NCBI GenBank assembly: GCA_009602735.1
Contig: WELA01003362.1
Location: 62,001 to 85,432 of the forward strand
Source: Mesotaenium endlicherianum
Taxonomy: Eukaryota
Direction of reading: 5' to 3'
Length of the DNA stretch: 23,432 nucleotides
Shown: positions 15,814 through 23,432 of the stretch, piece after piece
How positions within the stretch are numbered: the stretch's first letter is position 1
Layout of the letters: each line of letters opens with the position of its first letter
The notes under the pieces: model-generated
What the model was told of the DNA's origin: nothing
The model's input: the letters and a program-made list of their open reading frames with translations, nothing else
Databases searched by the model: none
Translations under genes and position numbers: made by a program

Positions 15814-18800
15814 ATGAAGAAAATTCTGTTTTCTCTCTTAGCGGCCTTGCTATTCCTTGCGATGGACGCTACCGCGCAAACCCGGTCTGTTAGCGGTACA
15901 ATAACAGATGCTGTTGGTAATTCCGTTCCTTTTGCCACTGTTAAAATAAAGGGCTCCAGGCAGGGTGTTTCTGCCGATGCAAATGGAGCATATGTTATTC
16001 ATAAAGTTTCAGAAGGTGCAACACTGGTATTTTCTTCCGTGGGTTTTGATACCAAAGAGGTAGAGGCAACCGCCAATGTGTTGAATGTAGCACTGGTAAG
16101 AAATTCCAAAGAACTTTCGGAAGTAGTGGTAACCACTGCCCTGGGTATCAAACGCCAGCCCAAAGAGCTGGGTTATGCAACGGTGAAATTGAATAACGAT
16201 GAAGTAACCCAGGCGAAAGGAACCAACATTGCAACCGGTCTGGCTGCAAAGGTTTCCGGTTTGCAGATCAACCTGGTAAACAACTCGGTAAAACCTGATG
16301 TGCGTATTACATTACGTGGTAACCGTTCTATCCTGGGTAACAACCAGGCCTTGCTGGTGGTAGACGATATCCAGTTGCCCATCTCTTACATCGCTTCCAT
16401 CAACCCCAATGATATCGATAATGTAACCGTGCTGAAAGGCGGCTCCGCTTCGGCATTGTACGGTTCAGCGGCTTCCAACGGTGTGATCATCATCACTACC
16501 AAAAAAGGAACAAAAGGAAAGCCGAGGGTAGTGGTAAGCAGTACGGTAAATCTGGAGAAGGTTGCGTATACACCTGATTTTCAGAATACTTTCGGACAGT
16601 ATGGTGGTGAGGATGATCCTTCTCTCTATCCCGGCCTTATTTTTATGCCTGGTAGCCTTCATCCGTATGTGCCTTATGAGAATCAGAACTACGGACCTCG
16701 TTTCAATGGACAGAAAGTGCCAATCGGTGCACCGATTAGAGTGTATAAGGCAGATGGTAGTTTTTCCATCAGGCAGGACTCCACTACATATAGTGCGATA
16801 CCTAATGCTAAAAAAGACTTCTTTAATACAGGTACTACTTTCATCAACAACGTATCATACTCTGCTGGTGATGAGAAAAGCCGATTCTTCTTCTCTTTTG
16901 AAGACAATAACTCAAAAGGTGTATTGCCCGGTGATATCAGCCGCAGGAACAGTCTGCGTTTGAATGGTTCACGTGAGAGTGGCATTTTCAGAGTGGATTA
17001 TAACTTAGCTTATAGTATTACACATACCAATACTACACCTGGATCTGGTGTTCCTTTCACATGGGGTACCACTGATTTTGGCGGTGGTTATAGTGGTGGT
17101 GGTGGTTATTTCCAGAACAGGCCTGTTTACTGGGAGATTATCAACCAGCCAGCTAATATCAATTTTAACCGTTATAGGAACTGGCAAACAGATCCGTTTT
17201 CTAATCCCGATGGTTATTTTAATGCCTACTATGGTAACGTATGGTGGCAGATCGACCAGACCCGTTTGGATGAAAAGAAAAACGACCTGATCGGTAACGT
17301 GGCGTTAAGCCTTAAACCATTAAAATGGCTAACGCTACAATACAAAGCTGGTATCGCAAGAGATGATTATTCCAATAAGTACACCCAGGCAGGTTATAAA
17401 TTTGCCAACTGGGCTATCGCTGATACCTTCAATACAGGTAACATTCCATCCAGTGTAAAACTATTAAGCCCCAACGAGGGCGATGCAATCAGCTATAACC
17501 AGCGCCTGACCAGTGACTTCATTGCGTCTACGCACCATTCGCTTGGTGATTTCGATATCAAATCTTTCCTCGGATCTTCTTTTATTGACAACAGTATCCG
17601 TTTGATGTCAATGTCTGCATCGGCATTAGTGATCCCTGATTTTTACAATATTTCTAATCGTGTGGGCGAACCTTCCGTTGGAGAGTCTATAAATAAAACC
17701 AGAACACTCGGCGTCTTTGGAGATGTGACGGTAGGGTATAAAGGTTACCTGTTCTTGCACGGTTCATTGAGAAATGACTGGACATCTATCCTGTCTCAAT
17801 CAAACCGATCTTATTTATATCCTGCCATCGACGCGGCCTTTGTGTTTACCGACGCCATCAAATCTTTGCGTGACAATAAAGTAATCAGTTTTGGTAAGAT
17901 CAGAGCTGCTTACAGTAGAACAGCGCAAGTGAGTATTGGTGCTTATTCCCTGCAGAACACATTCAATGTTGGCTCTGGATTTCCTTTTGGCAACACAGCC
18001 GGTTTCAGTGTAAACGGTGCTTACGCTAACCCCGACATTAAGCCTGAATTCAGTACTGATAGAGAGGTTGGATTAGAACTGGGATTGTTTGACAACAAGA
18101 TCAGTTTCATGGCTGCAGCCTATCAAACTAACACCACCAACCAAACCATTCCCATTACCATTTCTAGTGCCACTGGATTTAACTTGGCCTACGTTAACTC
18201 TGGAGAAATGTCCAACAAGGGCATTGAATTGGATCTGCGTATCAACAGACTGATTGCTACCAAAGATTTCAGGTGGGATGTAACAGGTAACTTCTCTTAT
18301 AACGACAACAAATTATTGTCATTAGGATACGGCGTATCAGAAATAGGTGTGGGAGGTAATTCGTATGCTGTAATTGGGAGAGCTTACCCTGCATTAAAAA
18401 TGCAGGATTGGACCCGTGATCCTCAGGGAAGGATCATCGTTAATGCTAATACTGGTTATCCTTCTATTGATCCAGCATTCAAATACTTCGGTACTACCAA
18501 CCCTCCATATAAGATTGGTTTAACCACCACCTTCACTTATAAAGGATTTACTTTGAATGCAGTAGCCGATGGCAGGTTTGGTGCAGTCATTTATAATTCT
18601 GCTGGTTCAAGCCTGGATTTCACCGGGGTGTCTGCTTATTCAGCTTCATCCGGACGTCAGCCTTTTGTAATACCGAACTCCAGCTACTTCGATGCGAGCA
18701 AGAATGCTTACGTGCCTAACACAAACCACAATACACTAGATGGTAATCTGTCATTCTGGGCCAGTACCTGGAATACAGTAGGTACCAACTATATCAATAG

Positions 18801-19053
18801 TGCTGATTTCTGGAAATTAAGGGAATTGACCCTGACCTACGCTTTCAGTTCGAAAGTTTTACGCAGCTTGAAATATGTGAATGGCCTCAGCGTAGGAGTT
18901 GTGGGAAGGAACCTGCTTGTTATAAGGGCCAAAGAGAATGTATGGTCAGATCCTGAATTTGCCAATACAACCGGTAATGGTATCGGTACGACAGATATCA
19001 ACCAGTTGCCGCCTACCAAATTCTATGGCTTCAATGTAACAATAACCTTCTAA
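15814..19053 (+). CDS. SusC/RagA-family TonB-dependent outer-membrane transporter
   Basis: 1079 aa with a signal peptide, an N-terminal carboxypeptidase-regulatory-like domain and LSEVVVTTALGIKR. It also has the plug signature INPNDI..VTVLKG.SASALYGSAASNGVIIITTKKG, NPDIKPE and a C-terminal Phe. Confidence 0.96.
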   Translation: MKKILFSLLAALLFLAMDATAQTRSVSGTITDAVGNSVPFATVKIKGSRQGVSADANGAYVIHKVSEGATLVFSSVGFDTKEVEATANVLNVALVRNSKELSEVVVTTALGIKRQPKELGYATVKLNNDEVTQAKGTNIATGLAAKVSGLQINLVNNSVKPDVRITLRGNRSILGNNQALLVVDDIQLPISYIASINPNDIDNVTVLKGGSASALYGSAASNGVIIITTKKGTKGKPRVVVSSTVNLEKVAYTPDFQNTFGQYGGEDDPSLYPGLIFMPGSLHPYVPYENQNYGPRFNGQKVPIGAPIRVYKADGSFSIRQDSTTYSAIPNAKKDFFNTGTTFINNVSYSAGDEKSRFFFSFEDNNSKGVLPGDISRRNSLRLNGSRESGIFRVDYNLAYSITHTNTTPGSGVPFTWGTTDFGGGYSGGGGYFQNRPVYWEIINQPANINFNRYRNWQTDPFSNPDGYFNAYYGNVWWQIDQTRLDEKKNDLIGNVALSLKPLKWLTLQYKAGIARDDYSNKYTQAGYKFANWAIADTFNTGNIPSSVKLLSPNEGDAISYNQRLTSDFIASTHHSLGDFDIKSFLGSSFIDNSIRLMSMSASALVIPDFYNISNRVGEPSVGESINKTRTLGVFGDVTVGYKGYLFLHGSLRNDWTSILSQSNRSYLYPAIDAAFVFTDAIKSLRDNKVISFGKIRAAYSRTAQVSIGAYSLQNTFNVGSGFPFGNTAGFSVNGAYANPDIKPEFSTDREVGLELGLFDNKISFMAAAYQTNTTNQTIPITISSATGFNLAYVNSGEMSNKGIELDLRINRLIATKDFRWDVTGNFSYNDNKLLSLGYGVSEIGVGGNSYAVIGRAYPALKMQDWTRDPQGRIIVNANTGYPSIDPAFKYFGTTNPPYKIGLTTTFTYKGFTLNAVADGRFGAVIYNSAGSSLDFTGVSAYSASSGRQPFVIPNSSYFDASKNAYVPNTNHNTLDGNLSFWASTWNTVGTNYINSADFWKLRELTLTYAFSSKVLRSLKYVNGLSVGVVGRNLLVIRAKENVWSDPEFANTTGNGIGTTDINQLPPTKFYGFNVTITF

Positions 19054-19086
19054 TTGAAAAATCAGCACACACAAAAAAATATTCAG

Positions 19087-20547
19087 ATGAAAAAATTACT
19101 CACTATACTTTATGCGGGCCTCTTGCTTACAGCGGGCGGTTGCTCAAAGGGATATTTTGACATCAATCAGAACCCTAACCAGGCGGTAACCACAACGGCT
19201 GACTTGGTACTGCCGAATGCACTCAAGGTTACAGCAGATCAGCAGATCGGCTCATTTAGTTTTGCCAGCACCTGGATGAATTATTGGGCAGCGAGCGGTA
19301 GCTATGCACTAAGCGCTACCGGCTTAGATACCTACAAGGAAACCACTACTTTTGGTAATGGTATATGGAATACTTATTACCGGAACCTCGAAGATTACAA
19401 CTTTGTTGAAAAAGCTGCTATAGCCAATAAAACCCCGTTTTATGAAGCTGCTGCCAAGATCATGAAGGCATTGGTATTCCAGCAGTTGGTGGATATGTTC
19501 AATAATATACCCTATTCACAGGCACTTAGCGGAACCACCAATATACAGCCACAATATGATGATGCAAAGACCATTTATGAGAGTCTTTCATCCAAGTTGG
19601 ATTCGGCAGTTACGTTGATGAGTCGTGCCGATGCGATTGGATCTTCTACCAGTGATGTTATGTTTGGTGGAAATAATGCCAACTGGATCAAATTGGCCAA
19701 TACCCTGCGTTTGAGAATACTGATGCGCCAGTCTGAAATGAGCGGCCGAGCCAGCTATATCCAGGGAGAAATAACCAAGATTGTGAACAAAGGCGGCGGA
19801 TTCCTTACAGCGGATGCAAGCGTGAATCCCGGCTATTTGAATTCTGATGGTAAACAAAGTCCTTTCTGGGCCTTGAATTACAACACTGCAGGAACCTATA
19901 CCCAGGCATTTTGGAGAGCTAACCAATATCCTATTACTTTTTGCCAGGCTAACGGTGACCCCAGATATCAGTACTGGTATGCACCCGCTGCTACAAACGG
20001 CAAATACCAGGGTAATGTAGTGGGTTCTGCGCAAAACCATCCGGGTAATGATGCTTCTACTTTTGGTCCGGGTGTATTGAAAAGTTATAACCAACCGGCT
20101 GTTGTTGTCAGTGCTGCTGAGAGCAATTTCCTCCAGGCAGAAGCTGTTTTGCGTGGTTGGATGACCGGTAATGATGCAGCTTTGGTGAACCAAGGTATAC
20201 AGGCTTCTTTCACTTCATTGGGGGCTGGTGATGCCACTTCTTATTATACACAGAGTAACAAGAATACCAATTACCTGGCTTGTGTAACTTTTGCGGAGAA
20301 GCTGAATTGTATCATCCGCCAAAAATGGGAGGCCAATAACATGGTAACGCCTTTTGAAGCATGGTGTGATTACAGGAGGCTGGGATTACCTGCAGATAAT
20401 CCTATCACAGTATCATCTTTTGTAGATGTGCCGACAATTCCTTTCAGGATATTGTACCCGGTATCTGAATACCAGTATAATCCTGCTAATGTGGCCGCTC
20501 AGGGAACCATCGATCATCACACTTCAAAAATATTCTGGATGAAATAA
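19087..20547 (+). CDS. SusD/RagB-family nutrient-binding lipoprotein (SusD-like_2 type)
   Basis: Lipoprotein signal MKKLLTILYAGLLLTAGG-C. Motifs DINQNPN, LVDMFNNIPYSQAL, WIKLANTLRLR, IRQKW, EAWCDYRRLGLP, RILYP and KIFW. It directly follows susC. Confidence 0.93.
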   Translation: MKKLLTILYAGLLLTAGGCSKGYFDINQNPNQAVTTTADLVLPNALKVTADQQIGSFSFASTWMNYWAASGSYALSATGLDTYKETTTFGNGIWNTYYRNLEDYNFVEKAAIANKTPFYEAAAKIMKALVFQQLVDMFNNIPYSQALSGTTNIQPQYDDAKTIYESLSSKLDSAVTLMSRADAIGSSTSDVMFGGNNANWIKLANTLRLRILMRQSEMSGRASYIQGEITKIVNKGGGFLTADASVNPGYLNSDGKQSPFWALNYNTAGTYTQAFWRANQYPITFCQANGDPRYQYWYAPAATNGKYQGNVVGSAQNHPGNDASTFGPGVLKSYNQPAVVVSAAESNFLQAEAVLRGWMTGNDAALVNQGIQASFTSLGAGDATSYYTQSNKNTNYLACVTFAEKLNCIIRQKWEANNMVTPFEAWCDYRRLGLPADNPITVSSFVDVPTIPFRILYPVSEYQYNPANVAAQGTIDHHTSKIFWMK

Positions 20548-20589
20548 ATGGGTAATCCTATTAATTTTTACCAACTAAAAAAAGCACAA

Positions 20590-21480
20590 ATGATACGATA
20601 TACTAAAATAAATAAACTGGCTTCCCTGGTAGCAGTAAGTGCTATGGTATTCATGAGCTCTTGCGTAAAAAACGCGGGGTATACCACCGATTTCGGAGGA
20701 CTGAAACCGATTGTACAGATCGTGGGCAGCGGTCTGGGTAAGTTTACTGATGCTGCTATCAATTTCCCTGCAACGGATGCCAGAGACACTTTGCAGTTCA
20801 CAGTGAATTTTGCCTCTGTTGACCTGCCTTCGAAAGATGTTACGATTTCTCTGGATTATGACGATGCTGCATTGACAACCTATAATGCATCCAGCGCCAT
20901 TAAATATGCAAAGTTCCCGGATAGCACTTATTCTTATACAACGAAGTCTGTTACTATCAAAGCTGGCAGCAACTATTCTGCTCCTGTGAATTTCATTGTA
21001 TTCCCCAATAAGATTGATCCTACGCAGAACTATATGTTCCCCATCAGCATTAAAGATGCGCAGGGCAATACGATCAGCGGCAACTTCGGAACCATGTATT
21101 ACCATGCCATCGGTAATCCGATCGCTGGTAACTATGTATGGGATTTCCAACGTTGGAACAACCCTGCCGGTACAGGATCGCTGAGCGGACTTTCGTTCAC
21201 AGGCGGAAGTGCAGTATTCAGCCCTGTTACACCTACCAAAGTAACGGTTCCGAGCGGTTATTATATTCAGCCACGGTATGAGATCACCTTTACGAATACG
21301 GGTGGTATATTGACGAATTTTGCGGTGAAACTGAACGATGATGATGTAGCGGCAATGGCGAATAACGGTGTAACGGTTACCAATGGTCCCAACATCCTGA
21401 AGGCAGATCCTATCAACAAAATCTACAAGTTCCAGTATACAACTGTTACCAGGTATATCATAGATACTTATCACAAGTAG
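20590..21480 (+). CDS. Surface lipoprotein with DUF1735 (BT_3987-like) domain
   Basis: Lipoprotein signal ending FMSS-C. The pattern DVTISLDYDDAALTTYN...FPDSTYSY...VTIKAG...YMFPISIKDA matches the family. It is the third gene of the susCD operon. Confidence 0.8.
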   Translation: MIRYTKINKLASLVAVSAMVFMSSCVKNAGYTTDFGGLKPIVQIVGSGLGKFTDAAINFPATDARDTLQFTVNFASVDLPSKDVTISLDYDDAALTTYNASSAIKYAKFPDSTYSYTTKSVTIKAGSNYSAPVNFIVFPNKIDPTQNYMFPISIKDAQGNTISGNFGTMYYHAIGNPIAGNYVWDFQRWNNPAGTGSLSGLSFTGGSAVFSPVTPTKVTVPSGYYIQPRYEITFTNTGGILTNFAVKLNDDDVAAMANNGVTVTNGPNILKADPINKIYKFQYTTVTRYIIDTYHK

Positions 21481-21504
21481 AAAAGCACAACGGAAGAAAA
21501 TATT

Positions 21505-21554
21505 AATAAGAGAGGGAGAGAAACCGGTTAAGGTTTCTCTCCCTCTCTTATTTT
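21505..21554 (+). terminator. Intrinsic terminator of the susCD operon
   Basis: Perfect 21-bp stem AATAAGAGAGGGAGAGAAACC (21505-21525) / GGTTTCTCTCCCTCTCTTATT (21532-21552) with a 6-nt loop, ending in a T run. It begins 24 bp after the stop. Confidence 0.85.
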
Positions 21555-22240
21555 AAATAAATGCCGTTAACTTTTACATTCGATTAATCTGCGACAGTGT
21601 AATCCGTAGAACATATCTTAATTGGATTTTCATAAATATGATTTATATAAACTTCACAAATGCCCTTTGATAATAAATAAGCGTATTGAATTTTTTCAAA
21701 CCGACAATTATTGCAAAAATGCGGCATTACTTTTCTAAAATCTCCTCGAACAATTTGTTGCTATTGAGATGAATCAGCTTTATAAGCTTATGCTTTTTTG
21801 CTCAATTGCTACTATCAAATATGAAGTTTACGCGTCGATTTTTTTATAATTATTTTATATATGTGTATATTGTTTGTAATATGTTGCTTATATGATATAA
21901 GTATTTATATTATATGAGAAGTAAAATACATCTAATTAAAAGATTGATTTTGGTTAAAATAAGTTTATTTTCATATTGTAATGTTTTGAGGCTCGGAAAA
22001 CACCCCCCCTTTTTTCCGAGATAAAGGACCTCATCGAGATTTAAGGACAGTGATAATTAGTAGCATCAGAGAATTTTAATTTTTATCTGCTTTATTTAAG
22101 GCGATATAACAGTGCCTTGCTGGCTTTGTTTTAAAAATGCAAATCGATTCGTATTAATGTGTGCGAATATGAGGTCAGGTATAGCTAAAAATAAAAAAAT
22201 ATTTTTTTAATATATATTTTTAACTTTAAAAAACAAAACT

Positions 22241-23432
22241 ATGAAAGCCTTAATTTACGTTTCGAAAAGAACGCTTTATATTTTCTTCTGCTTTGTTATC
22301 ATATTAGCAGGTTGTAAGAAAGATATTAAAGAATCAATTCCTGTTACTGTCAAAGATGGAGTTCCTCCTTTCCCGCTGAGTTGGGAGACTAGCGATTATA
22401 TGCCAACGCCGCCAGGTACGACTATTCTTGTGCCTTGGGCAAATGGATCAGTAAAAGGGTTCTCGTCCTATCTTTGGTACGATTATAAGAAAACTGATGG
22501 ATGGGAGTTAGTATATAATACGTTTAACACTTCAGCACTCCCTGCAAATCCGTGGTTTGTTTTATATAATAAATATAGAGGACTAATACGTATATATGTT
22601 TATGTGACCACTAATGGGTTTACAAATTCTGATTATTTAACAAGTGGATTGAATCTCGACCCTAATTTAGTTAGCACACCTATGTTAAATTACATCGGAC
22701 AGGATATTGTCGATGTAACACAAAATAAAAGCGTTGCAATAAAAATTGAGCCTACACAAATGGCTTCTGGTACTTGGTACGCATCACAATACGAGATTGC
22801 ATATGACCCTAATATTCCAACTGCAACATATCAACAATTGGGCTTAAATTGGATGTTAAAATGGACATCTGTTTCACAAGTGTCTCTTGGTGGAGATATC
22901 ATAGGATCAGTAACAGGGACAATAACAAGTCCTGCATCTGGGTTTAATTTATTAGGCAACATGCAACAGGGGGTACTGGAGGCAACTGGCGCGGCTATTT
23001 TTGATAACAATATTGGAACTAATGCTAGTAACCCTGGAGAACATAATAAATTAGGATTACCGTCTCTTGTCTTTAATGCTGCACGAGAGGGACTTACTAG
23101 TGGATTAAATGGTGTCGTAAAAAATATGTTTAGCGCTATATTTGGAGGTAATAGTGCTAATACCCAAGAAGTTAATTTGTCTATAAATGCTAAAATTACA
23201 CTTAATGGAACAAGTACAAGCAGCGGTGCATTATTTCCTAACCCGGGATTAGGGCTTGGAATACCAGGTATTTCAAATAGCCAATCTGCTGCAGGCTATA
23301 TCCCAGGCTATAATTTGCCTATGGGGGTGTTCTATATTTCAAATAGGCCAAAAGTTAAAATCACAAGCATTCAAAGTACACCGCCACCAAATTGGGATGG
23401 CCTTCCAAGGTATTATTATCTTAATAATTTTA
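22241..23432 (+). CDS. Uncharacterised lipoprotein, more than 397 aa, truncated by the window end
   Basis: Not in the ORF track. Manual translation is open from ATG 22241 to the end: MKALIYVSKRTLYIFFCFVIILAG-CKKDIKE...YDYKKTDGWELVYNTF...NPWFVLYNKYRGLIRIYVY... It has a lipobox LAGC (Cys25), an A-rich leader and TAACTTTA at 22221-22228. Confidence 0.88.
   Translation, partial: MKALIYVSKRTLYIFFCFVIILAGCKKDIKESIPVTVKDGVPPFPLSWETSDYMPTPPGTTILVPWANGSVKGFSSYLWYDYKKTDGWELVYNTFNTSALPANPWFVLYNKYRGLIRIYVYVTTNGFTNSDYLTSGLNLDPNLVSTPMLNYIGQDIVDVTQNKSVAIKIEPTQMASGTWYASQYEIAYDPNIPTATYQQLGLNWMLKWTSVSQVSLGGDIIGSVTGTITSPASGFNLLGNMQQGVLEATGAAIFDNNIGTNASNPGEHNKLGLPSLVFNAAREGLTSGLNGVVKNMFSAIFGGNSANTQEVNLSINAKITLNGTSTSSGALFPNPGLGLGIPGISNSQSAAGYIPGYNLPMGVFYISNRPKVKITSIQSTPPPNWDGLPRYYYLNNF

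Noticed and set aside
17079..17110. GGT-rich run in susC (GGGYSGGGGY)
   Set aside because: It is an in-frame Gly-rich loop, and triplet repeats cannot phase-shift the gene.
19588..21474. Minus-strand ORFs of 201 aa and 299 aa opposite susD and the DUF1735 gene
   Set aside because: They are fully antisense to well-supported genes and have implausible composition.
21821..21895. 24-aa hydrophobic micro-ORF MKFTRRFFYNYFIYVYIVCNMLLI (type I toxin-like?)
   Set aside because: F/Y/I/N-rich short ORFs arise by chance in very AT-rich DNA, and no antisense RNA or terminator supports it.
22192..22209. 18-bp perfect palindrome TAAAAAAATATTTTTTTA upstream of the lipoprotein
   Set aside because: It consists only of A/T runs in an AT-rich spacer, so it is too low in complexity to call an operator.

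Overview
This is a bacterial chromosomal window, most likely Bacteroidota (Chitinophagaceae-like), judged from the SusC/SusD pair, the TAnnTTTG promoter elements and the gene order. Positions 1-15425 are mostly housekeeping genes. They comprise a minus-strand nif3 - C4 zinc-ribbon - TPR - recN run, a class IV aminotransferase and CPD photolyase, guaB, an MFS transporter, dprA, a PorE-like TPR/PD40/OmpA protein, a secreted cupin-like protein, queE and folD. Positions 15814-21480 hold a susC-susD-DUF1735-like lipoprotein operon with no CAZyme or regulator, closed by a perfect 21-bp hairpin. After about 21550 the DNA turns sharply AT-rich and encodes an uncharacterised lipoprotein of more than 397 aa that the ORF track misses. 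It is probably the start of a horizontally acquired island, and its strand/helix layout is compatible with a pore-forming protein, which is speculative. The main non-coding signals are heptamer tandem repeats on gene junctions (one may supply a CTG start for queE), a nested REP-like palindrome between phrB and guaB, and -7 promoter elements only 3-5 nt before several ATGs, suggesting leaderless mRNAs. No rRNA, tRNA, CRISPR array or transposase was seen. All family assignments come from motif recognition, not database searches.
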